Source of the DNA: an uncultured Gammaproteobacteria bacterium
Lineage (GTDB): Bacteria; Patescibacteriota; Patescibacteriia; UBA11705; JABHMO01
Length of the DNA stretch: 64,000 nucleotides
NCBI GenBank assembly: GCA_964590105.1
Contig: CAZPYM010000002.1
Span: 218,697-282,696 of the forward strand
Direction: 5' to 3'
The position numbers were made by a program, and so were the translations under genes. Of the stretch, positions 37,123-47,418 are shown one piece after another. Numbering within the stretch: position 1 is the first letter of the stretch; each line of letters starts with the position of its first letter. Under the pieces are notes generated by a model, which saw only the letters and a program-made list of their open reading frames with translations, searched no databases and was not told where the DNA came from.

Positions 37123-38283
37123 TTATTTGGAAGCAATTGATTCCAAAACATTCAACACCTCCCGCGCAGACTGATACCAAATGAATTGTTTGGCTTTTTC
37201 CAGGCCCTTGGTTTTGTAATAGTCTGCTAATTGCGGATCAATCATCTGCTCCATGGCGCGGGCAAGATCATTCACGTTTGTCGGATCAATCAGAAGCGCG
37301 GCATCGGCGCAGATTTCTGACATGGAAGAATTATTTGAAGTGATGACCGGACAGCCGGAAGCCATAGCTTCGAGTGGCGGGAAGCCGAATCCTTCATAAT
37401 AAGAAGGGTAAACAAACATTGAAGCCAGATTGTACAAATAGCGTTTGTCGCTGTCAGGAACAAACTGCGTGCAGATTATTTCGTCTTGTTTTGAATTGTC
37501 CTGAGTTTGTTTTAGCTTTTTTTCTATGGCAGCGGTTTTCCAACCCTTTTTTCCGGCAATGACCAGCGAATATCCGGGATTATTTTTATTAAAAATGTTA
37601 AATGCCGACACGAGCGATTGAATGTTTTTTCGCGGCTCAATCGTACCGAGAAAAAGAATAAATTTGTCTGGCAGTTTGTATTTATTTTTTATTGTTTTTA
37701 ATTTAATGTCATTTTCCGTCAGTACTTTGTAGTTTGGCGAAATGCCGGGATAAACAACGCTGATCTTTGAGCCTGGGATATTATATTTGCCGATGAGGTC
37801 CTGGCTGGTATTTTTAGAAACGGTAATGATTTCTTTTGCTTCTTGAAAAAGTTTTTTCGGCCGGAGAAACCAGTGCCACAGTCGCCGCTTTAGCGAAAGA
37901 AATTCAGGAAAAAATTCAAAACTCAAATCATGCGCCGTAATTATGTATGGACATTTGGTATGTAAAAAACTTAGATTCGGGAAAAAGAACAGGTCGATCT
38001 TTGGTGTTTTATGTTTTTTTTTAATTGCTAAATCAAGGCAAGGATGCTTGGCCAGCAAAGCGAAGTTGAGCAGTTTATTGGGCATTTTAAACGGGCAGTA
38101 CTGAACATTATCTTTGGGAAATTTCGGAATATATTTAGAAACATTCTGACGGGAATTATAAAAAAGATAGTACTGGTTGGCGCTATCGATTTCAAATAAA
38201 TGTTTGAGTAAATGAAATGTGTATTCGCCGACGCCGGTCAGTTCGCGCTCCATTAGGCAGCGAATGTCGATTGCTATGTTCAT
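37123..38283 (-). CDS. glycosyltransferase family 4
   Basis: EGFGFPPLEAMASGCPVITSN motif. Confidence 0.75.
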   Translation of the reverse strand: MNIAIDIRCLMERELTGVGEYTFHLLKHLFEIDSANQYYLFYNSRQNVSKYIPKFPKDNVQYCPFKMPNKLLNFALLAKHPCLDLAIKKKHKTPKIDLFFFPNLSFLHTKCPYIITAHDLSFEFFPEFLSLKRRLWHWFLRPKKLFQEAKEIITVSKNTSQDLIGKYNIPGSKISVVYPGISPNYKVLTENDIKLKTIKNKYKLPDKFILFLGTIEPRKNIQSLVSAFNIFNKNNPGYSLVIAGKKGWKTAAIEKKLKQTQDNSKQDEIICTQFVPDSDKRYLYNLASMFVYPSYYEGFGFPPLEAMASGCPVITSNNSSMSEICADAALLIDPTNVNDLARAMEQMIDPQLADYYKTKGLEKAKQFIWYQSAREVLNVLESIASK

Positions 38284-38387
38284 AGGTTACGAATTATGAA
38301 TTGGTTACTAATCTACATATAGCTACGAATATATATTTGGCGAATGCCGGATTAGTAATAATTCATAGATTCGTAGCAGATTGGTAA

Positions 38388-39479
38388 TTAGTAACCTTGC
38401 AATTTTGTCACAATAAACTCCTTAATTTTCCGTTTGAAAATTTCCACATCAAACTGTAGAGCGTGTTCCCTGATTTCTTGGGGTTTGTAATCTTGGCACT
38501 TGAATCTTAAAACCTTGTCTGCCAGATCTTCCCATGTTTGTTCTTCAAAAAGCGTGCCGGTTTTTCCTTCAATAACAGTTTCCAGCGCGCCGCCGGCTCT
38601 GAAAGCTATGACCGGCCGTCCGCTGGCCATGGCTTCGACTGCGGTAATGCCAAAGTCTTCAAGTTGCGGATTTAAATAAGCCAAACAATGGCGATATAGT
38701 TCTGACTTTTTTTTCTCGGAAACTTTGCCGAGGAATTGAATGTTATTTTTGGCATTTTGCTGTAAATGTTTTTTTTGTGGGCCGTCCCCGAAAATAATAA
38801 GCGGCATATTCAGCCGGTTAAAAGCCGTCACCAGCAAATCAAATCTTTTGTAGCCGACCAGCCGGCCACCGGCCAGGAAATAGTTGCCGATATTATTTGA
38901 AATGCAAAACTTGGCAGTGTCAACCGGCGGATGGATTACTTCACTGTCGCGATTATAATATTTTTTTATGCGCTTTTGCACTTCTCGCGAATTGGCAATA
39001 AAATGATCAACTCGCTCAGCGGCGATTTTGTCCCATTGGCGAAGTCTAGTCAGCATTATTGGCAGCATTTTTTTAATTAAAAAATTCTGGTTCAAATCTT
39101 CCAGATAGTTGTGCGTGCTGGTCCAGAGGAATCGGGGAGGCGTGTGGCAATAGCAGATATGGGTTGAATTTTGACCGGGGATTATTCCCTTGGAAAAAAT
39201 TGAAGAGCTGGAGAGAATTAATTTAAAATCATTCAGTCGGTGATGTTCGGTTGCGGCCGGCATTAGATTCAAATACCACTGATATTTGGAAACGCCGAAG
39301 GGTAGATTTTGCAAAAAAGAAGTTTGAATGTTTTTGTCTTTCCAGTCCGGCTCCACATTACGTTCATCATAAACCAAAGTAAAAACAGGACTTCCTGGAA
39401 AAATTTCCGTGAAAGCTTTGGCAACTTTTTCCGCTCCGCCATCCTGGGCGAGGTGGTCGTGGACTAATGCTACATTCAT
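38388..39479 (-). CDS. glycosyltransferase family 4
   Basis: EDFGITAVEAMASGRPVIAF motif. Start moved to the ATG (MNVALVHDHL) rather than the ORF-track TTG. Confidence 0.75.
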   Translation of the reverse strand: MNVALVHDHLAQDGGAEKVAKAFTEIFPGSPVFTLVYDERNVEPDWKDKNIQTSFLQNLPFGVSKYQWYLNLMPAATEHHRLNDFKLILSSSSIFSKGIIPGQNSTHICYCHTPPRFLWTSTHNYLEDLNQNFLIKKMLPIMLTRLRQWDKIAAERVDHFIANSREVQKRIKKYYNRDSEVIHPPVDTAKFCISNNIGNYFLAGGRLVGYKRFDLLVTAFNRLNMPLIIFGDGPQKKHLQQNAKNNIQFLGKVSEKKKSELYRHCLAYLNPQLEDFGITAVEAMASGRPVIAFRAGGALETVIEGKTGTLFEEQTWEDLADKVLRFKCQDYKPQEIREHALQFDVEIFKRKIKEFIVTKLQGY

Positions 39480-39751
39480 AAGGTTACTAATTACCAATCC
39501 GCTACAAATCTACAAATAATTACGAATATTAGTAGATATAAGTAGATTAGTATCCAATTCGTAATTCGTAACCTACGCAATTAGTAGCCTAATAAGCTTA
39601 CCAAATATTTACAAAAAATCAAAGCGGTTGATAAAACTAAAAACTGCCCGGCGGGCGGGAGTTTCCGGTGCGGTTGTAGAGTTCAGGCGGCAGGCAGAAT
39701 TCAGCCGAATTAATTGTCGGTATGGGAGAGCCACTAAAGTGTGGAAGAAAT

Positions 39752-41185
39752 TTAGACCTTTGATTTTCTTTTTAATATCGACCAGGGTGTTTTTAGAATT
39801 ATCCAGAGATCCAGTTTTAGTGACCAGTTTTCAATATAATAAGTATCCAGCTTAACTTCTTCATCAAAATCAAGATCGCTTCGGCCGGAAATTTGCGCTA
39901 GGCCTGAAATGCCCGGTTTGATGTCCAGAACTCGTTTGTGGTGTTTCTCGTATTTTTCCACTTCGCGCGGTTGATGCGGGCGCGGACCAATTAAACTCAT
40001 GTTGCCGATCCAGACGTTGAAAAGCTGAGGCAGTTCATCAAGGGAAGTGCGTTCGATAAAGCGACCGATTATGGTGCGGCGCGGATCATTTAGAATTTTG
40101 TAAACAGGTCCGTGCCGTTCAGATTGTTTGGCGATTAAGCCTTTTTCAAATTCCATAACCGCTTTCTGGTCGGCGTATTTGGCAAATTGCTTGCCGGTGC
40201 AATATTTCGCATACATTGATCTAAATTTGTAAACATTGAAAGTGCCTTTGCTTCGTACGCGTTCATTTTTGTAAATCGCTGGACCCGGATCTTCTAGTCT
40301 GATTAAAAGTGTGATCACCAGCATGACCGGGCTGAAAAGTATTATCAAAACTGTACTGAAAATAAAATCAATAACGCGTTTTATAATTTTATCCCAACCG
40401 TCCAGCTTGGTTTTGCGGATTTCTATAAGCGGTACGCCCGCAATCATGTGCACTTCCACGTTAGTGGTGCGCGCCTCAAACTGTCCGGCCGCATATTTGA
40501 AAATGATATTGTGTTCAGCGCAAAAGTCTGCCAAATCAATGGAAACTTTTCTGGACAGGCTGGAATCAGTCTGAATAATTTCATCAATGCCTTTCCTTTT
40601 GTGAAGCGCCAGCAGATCGGCTTTGTCGCCGTCCTGCATTTCTTCAACGCGGGCAATAATTTTGTAGCCGAGTGACGGCTGATTTTTAAAAGCGCGAATG
40701 ATTTCTTCGGTGTTTTTGTCTTTGCCGATAATGACAACATTGTGCGCGCCCCAGCTTTTTTTTAGCGAAAGATTTTGAATTTTTCTGACAAGGCTTCTGA
40801 CAATTATCGCCAACACTATACTTAATCCCCAGGCAGTTAAAACAATAAAGCGTGAAGAAAAATATTCGCGCACGAAAAACATGTAGATAATTAATGCCAT
40901 CATGCCGGTAGAGCAGGCCAGGATTATTTTGGCCAGTTCGTCAGTAACTTTCCGGCGGGCGAAAGAGTATAGGCCGGCGGCGGCAAAAAAGAAAAGCCAG
41001 ATAAAGGATACGATTAAAACAAAAATAAAATATTGCTTGAATGGCAGATCAAAAATAACCGGTCTGATTTCCTGGACAGATTCTTTGTAACGAATCGCAT
41101 AAGCCAGGAGGCCAGCAGAAACAAGAGTAATAAAATCAATTGGAATTTTTAAAAAGGTAAAAAATAGTTCCGCATTTTTTTTCAT
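39752..41185 (-). CDS. polyprenyl-phosphate sugar phosphotransferase (WbaP/EpsL-like bacterial sugar transferase)
   Basis: C-terminal SLDELPQLFNV...SLIGPRP...GISGLAQ motifs; N-terminal TMs. Confidence 0.85.
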   Translation of the reverse strand: MKKNAELFFTFLKIPIDFITLVSAGLLAYAIRYKESVQEIRPVIFDLPFKQYFIFVLIVSFIWLFFFAAAGLYSFARRKVTDELAKIILACSTGMMALIIYMFFVREYFSSRFIVLTAWGLSIVLAIIVRSLVRKIQNLSLKKSWGAHNVVIIGKDKNTEEIIRAFKNQPSLGYKIIARVEEMQDGDKADLLALHKRKGIDEIIQTDSSLSRKVSIDLADFCAEHNIIFKYAAGQFEARTTNVEVHMIAGVPLIEIRKTKLDGWDKIIKRVIDFIFSTVLIILFSPVMLVITLLIRLEDPGPAIYKNERVRSKGTFNVYKFRSMYAKYCTGKQFAKYADQKAVMEFEKGLIAKQSERHGPVYKILNDPRRTIIGRFIERTSLDELPQLFNVWIGNMSLIGPRPHQPREVEKYEKHHKRVLDIKPGISGLAQISGRSDLDFDEEVKLDTYYIENWSLKLDLWIILKTPWSILKRKSKV

Positions 41186-41294
41186 ATTGCTTTTTGATTG
41201 CGAAATTCTTGTATGTTTGCTATTTGTTTAGTGCGTTCTTCATAATTATATCAGCATAATGACGGCTTGACAAGAAGCGTTTGGTTTGCTATAA

Positions 41295-41613
41295 TAAATT
41301 GGTTCTGAACAAGCAGAACCGTTGCTCTTTGCCTTTTGGCGGAGAGAGGAAAGTCCGGACTTTCAGTCATTTTTTGACGCGGGTAGCAGGTAATTCCTGT
41401 CAATCGTGAGATAGAGGTGCGAGCAGAGACGCCTGGCAAAGTAATTTGTCAGGAACCCCTCGGGGTTAGTCTTGGTGGAAACATCAAGAGTGAAACGGCT
41501 AAACCCTTGCCTGAAAGCAAACCCAAGTTTGGTAGGGTGCTTGAGTCGGAGAGTGATCTTCGGCCCAGATAGATAACGGCTAAAACAGAATCCGGCTTAC
41601 TCGCTTGTTCAGG
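41295..41613 (+). ncRNA. rnpB: RNase P RNA (bacterial type A)
   Basis: GAGGAAAGTCCGGACTT and ACAGAATCCGGCTTAC conserved blocks. The 5' ctgaacaagc pairs with the 3' gcttgttcag (P1). Confidence 0.85.
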
Positions 41614-41659
41614 ACTTTTTTATTATCACGAATTGCCCGAATTGGCGCGAAAAAATATA

Positions 41660-41692
41660 AAAAAACCTGCTTTTCAAGCAGGTTTTTTTTAT
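41660..41692. terminator. bidirectional terminator between rnpB and trpS
   Basis: aaaaacctgcttttcaagcaggtttttttt. Confidence 0.7.
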
Positions 41693-41702
41693 TCGACAAG
41701 TT

Positions 41703-42677
41703 TTATAGACCAATAACTTTGCGGACCTGCTTCATTTTCTTTTCAGCCAGGACTTTTGCGCGCTTGGCGCCGTCCTGCAACATGGAATCAATTTGCTTGT
41801 CTGAAATTGAAGCGAATTTTTTCTGAATCGGAGACAGGAATTCAACTACGCGTTCGGCCAGTTCAGATTTAAAATCGCCATAACCTTTCCCTTTGAATTT
41901 GGCTTCAATTTCCTTGGCTTCTCGGCCGGTTACCAGATGATAAATTGTCATTAAGTTTGCTAGGGCCGGCCGCTTGGGATCAAATTTAATGTCAGAACCA
42001 GAATCTGTAACCGCTTTTTTGATTTTTTTACGAATCAGATCAGGCGCGTCGGTCAGGGCAATGTAATTGTATTCTGAAGCAGCTGATTTGCTCATCTTTT
42101 TTTCCGGATTATCCAGTCCTTTGAGCCGTGCCGAAACCTTATTCACCCTGCCTTCCGGCAGAACAAACACATTGCCGTACAAATTATTAAATTTCTTGGC
42201 AATTACTCTTGCCAGTTCAACATGTTGGAGCTGATCTTCGCCAACCGGCACAACATTGGTGTCGTAAAGTAGAATATCGGCCGCCATTAAACACGGATAT
42301 GTAAAAAGGCCGGCGTTGACATTTTGTTTGTGCCGCTCTGATTTGTCTTTGTACTGCGTCATGCGTTCGAGCTCTGCCATAGGCGTCAGGCAAGTCAGAA
42401 TCCAGCCGAGTTCAGCATGCTCCGGCATATCAGACTGCCGGAAAATAATATTTTTTTTTGGATCCAGTCCGGCGGCCAGATAAATTTTCGCCAGGTCGTA
42501 AATGTTTTTGCTGAGACGCCCTGGTTCCTGATAAATGGTGAGCGCGTGCAGATCTACAATTGAAAAAACGCAATCGTATTCGGTTTGAAGCTGAACCCAA
42601 TTATAAATAGCGCCAAAATAATTGCCGAGATGAATGATGCCGGTGGGTTGAGTGCCACTGAAGATTCGTTTGGACAT
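41703..42677 (-). CDS. trpS: tryptophanyl-tRNA synthetase
   Basis: TGIIHLGNYFGA (HIGH-like) and KMSKS. Confidence 0.9.
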   Translation of the reverse strand: MSKRIFSGTQPTGIIHLGNYFGAIYNWVQLQTEYDCVFSIVDLHALTIYQEPGRLSKNIYDLAKIYLAAGLDPKKNIIFRQSDMPEHAELGWILTCLTPMAELERMTQYKDKSERHKQNVNAGLFTYPCLMAADILLYDTNVVPVGEDQLQHVELARVIAKKFNNLYGNVFVLPEGRVNKVSARLKGLDNPEKKMSKSAASEYNYIALTDAPDLIRKKIKKAVTDSGSDIKFDPKRPALANLMTIYHLVTGREAKEIEAKFKGKGYGDFKSELAERVVEFLSPIQKKFASISDKQIDSMLQDGAKRAKVLAEKKMKQVRKVIGL

Positions 42678-42919
42678 AAATGAGTACTGATTGTACTGAT
42701 ATGCTGATAAAATTTATCAGTCATATCATGTGACAGATCATGTTGATCACGTTTTTATGGTTTTATTATAGCAAAATCGAAGATTATAATCAAAAACCTC
42801 CGTTCGTGGTTAAAGTCGTGGCGGAGGTTTTTATAATTCTCAAGTATTCAATTTTCAGTTTTACAATGAATTTTCAATTTAGAAATTGACTCGTTTAAAA
42901 ATTGTAAATTTCTACAGCT

Positions 42920-44722
42920 TTAAACTTCAATAACTACCGGCATAATCATCGGCCGCCGCTTGGTTTTTTTCCAGAGCAGGTCGCCCACATGATCGCGCAA
43001 TTTGTTTTTTAGAAGCATAGGATCAAAGCCCGGTTTTACGGCTTTGCCGACAGTCTTGCGTACTAGATCGCGCGCGTCTTCAATCATTTGTTTGCTTTCT
43101 TTCATATACACAAATCCGCGCGAAATAATGTCCGGACTGCCGACCAGTTCACCGGTTTTTTTCTTGACCGTAACGATCACCACGAACATGCCGTCCTCGG
43201 CCATCATGCGGCGGTCGCGCAAAACAATTGACGAAACATCGCCGACGCCGAGCCCGTCTACCATCACGTATTCAGTCGGAACTTTTTCCGTGGTCAGCCG
43301 GCCGCTGGCTTCGTGTTGATTCGGGCCTTTGAAAAATTCCATAACTTGTCCATTGTCAGCAATGAAAACATTTTCGTGGGGAATACCGACGCTTTCCGCT
43401 AGCTGGCCATGAAGGCGGAGCATATAGTGATAAGCTTCAATCGGAATGAAATATTTTGGTTTAAATAATCGGATGATCAGTTTCAAGTCTTCTTGTTTGG
43501 CATGTCCGCCGGCGTGAATATCCATCAGTTGATAATGATAAACGCGCGCTCCCTGTCGGTAAAAAGTATCTTTGAGGTTTTGAATAGTGCGTTCATTGCC
43601 GGGAATTACAGATGACGAGAAAACAATGGAATCGCCTTTTTTTACGCTCAAAAATCGATGTTCCTTATTAGCGATTCTATTCAACACAGCGTTTTTTTCT
43701 CCCTGTGCGCCGGTGCCGAGCACAACAATTTTATTGTCAGGCAATCGCTTTAATTCAGATTCTTCAATCATTGTTTCTTTTTTGAATTTGACATAGCCGA
43801 GCTGGTGGGCAATCTCAATATTGGAATTCATGCTCCGGCCGTCCAAATATACGCGGCGGTTGAATTTTTCAGCCACGGAAATTACCTGCTGGATGCGGTT
43901 GATAAGCGAGGCAAATGTGCCGAAAATAATCCGGCCGTGAGCTTCGCGGAAGATTTGTTCGATTGAATGAGTGACTTCTCCCTCGGAAATTTGATGGCCG
44001 TGATGTTCGGCGTCAGTACTGTCGGCCAAGAGAGCTAAAACTCCGCGGCCGCCTATTTGGGCGATGCGATTTAAGTCGATCGGCTTGTCATTGATCGGGC
44101 TCAAATCCACTTTAAAGTCTCCAGTGTGAACAATCGTTCCGACGGGCGTGTGTAGTACAACTCCCATGCTGTCTGGAATATTGTGATTGACTCGGAAAAA
44201 TTCGGCCGTGAAAACGCCAAGCCTGATTTTGTCTTTGTCCGGATCAATTATGCGTAAGTCCAGTGGCGCAGTTTTATATTCTTCGTGTCGTTTTTTGATT
44301 AGGCCGGCCGTTAGTTTCGCCGTGTAAATCGGTGGATTGCCAAGCCCGGGACATAAATGAGATATGGCGCCGATATGATCATAGTGTCCGTGAGTAATGA
44401 TAGCGCCGCGAATATTTTTGGCTCTGGTTTTTAGATAGGTAATATCGGGAATAATGTAATCGATTCCCGGCATGTCTTCTTCGGGAAATTGAAGACCCAT
44501 GTCAATAATGACAATGTCCTGGCCGTATTCCACTACGGTCATGTTTCTGCCGACTTCTTCAAGTCCGCCGAGAACCATAATTCGAAGTTTAGGCTCGCAG
44601 CTTGATTTGACTGAAGTTTGATCGGTTCGCGGGGCCGCGTTTTGCGGCACGAAGCGGGTTTTTTGATTTTGTCCCGGCCTGTGGCGCGGGAAAGATCGGT
44701 TGGTTTTTTGTTTTTGAATCAT
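42920..44722 (-). CDS. rnj: ribonuclease J (metallo-beta-lactamase/beta-CASP)
   Basis: ITHGHYDHIGA motif and a beta-CASP C-terminal region. Confidence 0.85.
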   Translation of the reverse strand: MIQKQKTNRSFPRHRPGQNQKTRFVPQNAAPRTDQTSVKSSCEPKLRIMVLGGLEEVGRNMTVVEYGQDIVIIDMGLQFPEEDMPGIDYIIPDITYLKTRAKNIRGAIITHGHYDHIGAISHLCPGLGNPPIYTAKLTAGLIKKRHEEYKTAPLDLRIIDPDKDKIRLGVFTAEFFRVNHNIPDSMGVVLHTPVGTIVHTGDFKVDLSPINDKPIDLNRIAQIGGRGVLALLADSTDAEHHGHQISEGEVTHSIEQIFREAHGRIIFGTFASLINRIQQVISVAEKFNRRVYLDGRSMNSNIEIAHQLGYVKFKKETMIEESELKRLPDNKIVVLGTGAQGEKNAVLNRIANKEHRFLSVKKGDSIVFSSSVIPGNERTIQNLKDTFYRQGARVYHYQLMDIHAGGHAKQEDLKLIIRLFKPKYFIPIEAYHYMLRLHGQLAESVGIPHENVFIADNGQVMEFFKGPNQHEASGRLTTEKVPTEYVMVDGLGVGDVSSIVLRDRRMMAEDGMFVVIVTVKKKTGELVGSPDIISRGFVYMKESKQMIEDARDLVRKTVGKAVKPGFDPMLLKNKLRDHVGDLLWKKTKRRPMIMPVVIEV

Positions 44723-44960
44723 AAGATAAGTTAAAATAAAATTGTTAGATTAGAATAAGAAGAATAAAGGGAAGAAGATAGAGAGAAAACGAGATAAACG
44801 AGATAGAGTTGATAGAAGTGACGGAAGTAAAGGCGCAAGAGGATAAGGAGAACAGAAGTAAAAGAAGAAAAATATAAAAAATTAGTTAGACAATTGAGTA
44901 ATTTGTAAAATTAAAAAAGCAAAAACAAGAGTAAAAAAAATGGAAAAGAAGAAGATTTTT
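44723..44960. repeat. About 240-nt homopurine (A/G) tract on the plus strand, i.e. a C/T-rich leader upstream of rnj.
   Basis: aagataagttaaaataaa...gagataaacgagatagag...aagaggataaggagaacagaag; almost no C or T. Confidence 0.8.
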
Positions 44961-44971
44961 ATTGAGGAAAA

Positions 44972-46921
44972 TTATTTTTTCCATTGCCTGTCAGTTTTGA
45001 TGTACCATTCGTAGACCTGGCTGAAGCGATTGGCCGGGGTGAGAATATTGGAAACATTAAAATTTTTAATTTTTTTGCTTTGCGGGTAAGTGTAGGTCGG
45101 ATTGAACAAGAAAATCGCTGGTGCGCTTTCCGCCAAAAGAGTTTGGAATTTGCTGTATTTTTCGGCGCGCTTTGCGTCATCGCTCGTATTTCTCGCGTCT
45201 TCAAGCAATTTATCAATATCAGGATTATTAAGAGAAGTTAAATTGAGACCAGGATATGTTTTCTGACTGGAATGCCAAAATGGATATGGGTCAGGATCTT
45301 GGCCCAGAATTTGTCCATACAAAAGAGCCTGGTAATCTCTTCCTCTAATAGTTGCTTGAATGTTTTCAGGATTTACAATTACCAAATTGATTTTTGCGCC
45401 GATTTGTTGCCATTCTTTTTGCAATTCTTTGACGATTTTAACATTTTCCGGTTGATTTACTGTTGTCAGATTAAATTCAAGATAGCGGTCTTTTAATTTT
45501 CTTACCGGATATGGATATTCATCAACTTGAGCTTGTTCTGTCTCGGGTGTCGCGTCAGTGCCTTCGACTTCGTCCGACTGTTCAGCGTTGTTGTCAGTAT
45601 CTTTTTCCTCTTTGTTTTCAGTCGTTATGTTTGCTGGTTTATATTCGGTTAATTTCCAGCCGGCTTTTTCCAATTCATCTTTGGCATGTTGCACATTGTA
45701 TGGGAATTTCACGATATCAGGATTGTATCCCAGTGCGCTTGGTAGCAGGCAGCTATCAATTATTTGAGCTTCAGCATTCAGAATTTCATTGACGATTTTT
45801 TCTTTATTAGTCGCGTGTGCCAAAATTTTGCGGATGGTGAGATCTTTCAAAATAGGATTGTTGTCATAATTGAAGAAAACAGCCGTATATTGAGGAAGAT
45901 TGAGTAGTCTGAAATTAATGTTTCGATTATTAATTATTCTGGCGCGGATTTCTTTTGGTAGATAGCTGATGCCGTCAATTTGTTTGTTGTTTAGCGCTTC
46001 GACCGCTTGTTCGAAGTCATCATAAAATTTTAAACCGATTTCATCAATGTACGGTTCGCCTAAATAATATTTTACATTTTTTTCCAGTTTGAAGCTTTTT
46101 ATTTCTCCATTTTTGTTCTTTGTCAAAGATTTAAATTTGTACGGGCCGCTACCGATTGGCTTCAGATTGTATTCTGCGAGCATGATGTTTTCCGGCTGAA
46201 TATTTCGCCAGATATGTTCCGGTAAAATACCAACGGTCAAGCTTTCCAGAAAGGGCGCAAACGGTTGTTTCAAAATGAATTTAACTGTGAAGTCGTCGAT
46301 TTTTTCCACTTTCATTCCTTGAAAATTATAAAAAAGCGGGGTTTTTGTTCTATTGTCATTAATGCGATTGAAAGTGAAAATCACGTCGTCCGCATCAAAT
46401 TTTTCATCATCGTGCCACAAGATGTCCTGGCGCAGATTGATAGTGTAGTTCAGCTGGTCGCTGCTGATTTGATAATCGGCGGCCAAATCTTTTTCCACGC
46501 CCGAGTTTGTGAATCGGAAAAGGCCAGAAAAAATCAAGTTGGTCATGTCGAGGTCAACATCATTTCCCTGCGAAAAAAGAGGATTGATATAGCGTGGCGT
46601 GCCTACCAGCCCTTCTGTATAGGTGCCGCCGGCTTTTGGCACTAGACTCGAGTGCGACCAGTATCCGTTGATCATTAGAGAACAAAAAGCCACGGCAATA
46701 ATGCCGCAAAGTATTCGGATAATCAGCAGTTCAGTTTTTGAGAGATATTTATAAATATATCCCAGCTGTTGAAATGTTGGAATCTTTTTGTTTGAAGCCA
46801 ACTTTTGCACTAGACGTTGATCGTGTTCATGCAAATGTTTTAGTTTTTTTTGGGTTAATTTTTCTTTCGCCTTGATTTGCAGCAGTTTAAACTTAACCCA
46901 GATATCTTTGATAATTGACAC
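44972..46921 (-). CDS. membrane-anchored family-5 (OppA/DppA-like) solute-binding protein
   Basis: GSGPYKFKSL...YYLGEP...FEQAVEALNNKQIDGI blocks; N-terminal TM. Confidence 0.6.
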   Translation of the reverse strand: MSIIKDIWVKFKLLQIKAKEKLTQKKLKHLHEHDQRLVQKLASNKKIPTFQQLGYIYKYLSKTELLIIRILCGIIAVAFCSLMINGYWSHSSLVPKAGGTYTEGLVGTPRYINPLFSQGNDVDLDMTNLIFSGLFRFTNSGVEKDLAADYQISSDQLNYTINLRQDILWHDDEKFDADDVIFTFNRINDNRTKTPLFYNFQGMKVEKIDDFTVKFILKQPFAPFLESLTVGILPEHIWRNIQPENIMLAEYNLKPIGSGPYKFKSLTKNKNGEIKSFKLEKNVKYYLGEPYIDEIGLKFYDDFEQAVEALNNKQIDGISYLPKEIRARIINNRNINFRLLNLPQYTAVFFNYDNNPILKDLTIRKILAHATNKEKIVNEILNAEAQIIDSCLLPSALGYNPDIVKFPYNVQHAKDELEKAGWKLTEYKPANITTENKEEKDTDNNAEQSDEVEGTDATPETEQAQVDEYPYPVRKLKDRYLEFNLTTVNQPENVKIVKELQKEWQQIGAKINLVIVNPENIQATIRGRDYQALLYGQILGQDPDPYPFWHSSQKTYPGLNLTSLNNPDIDKLLEDARNTSDDAKRAEKYSKFQTLLAESAPAIFLFNPTYTYPQSKKIKNFNVSNILTPANRFSQVYEWYIKTDRQWKK

Positions 46922-46973
46922 AAAAATTAAAGTGGTTGTTCAATAAAATAATTAGGCAGAGAAGATAAAAAAA

Positions 46974-47204
46974 TTAGTAAACGCTAAGCAATATGTTTGC
47001 CAGCGAAATGCCTAAAAAAAGTATGGAGAAGATAATAGTTGAAAAGAAAATTCCTTTTTCCATGCCTCGTTTGGTTCTGTAGATATTGCCGCTGTCGCCG
47101 CCGCCGAAAACGCCAGAAAGTCCGCCGCCACGATTTTGTAGCAAAATTAGCACAATTAATATGGTGCCAAAGATGAGTTGAATGATAGTCAGGACGAAAG
47201 TCAT
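46974..47204 (-). CDS. secG: preprotein translocase subunit SecG
   Basis: ILLQNRGGGLSGVFGGG glycine-rich loop between two TMs. Confidence 0.8.
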   Translation of the reverse strand: MTFVLTIIQLIFGTILIVLILLQNRGGGLSGVFGGGDSGNIYRTKRGMEKGIFFSTIIFSILFLGISLANILLSVY

Positions 47205-47418
47205 AAATTAAAGATAATGCTTAATCAGTGGGTAATATAGCAGGCAGCAGATAACTTGTCAAGTCGAAACGTGGAGCATAGCGCATAGAGCATAGAGCAA
47301 CTGAAAGGAAAAGATTTGCGCTATGTTTTATGAAGACCGTTCCATGAATTACCTAATTATCTAATTTACCGATTTTCTTGTTTTCTAAATTTATGGTACA
47401 ATAAAATTAATAATTTTT

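Noticed and set aside
41251-41439. 62-aa minus-strand ORF
   Set aside because: It lies entirely inside the RNase P RNA gene; its conserved GAGGAAAGUCCGG and ACAGAAUCCGGCUUA blocks identify that gene.
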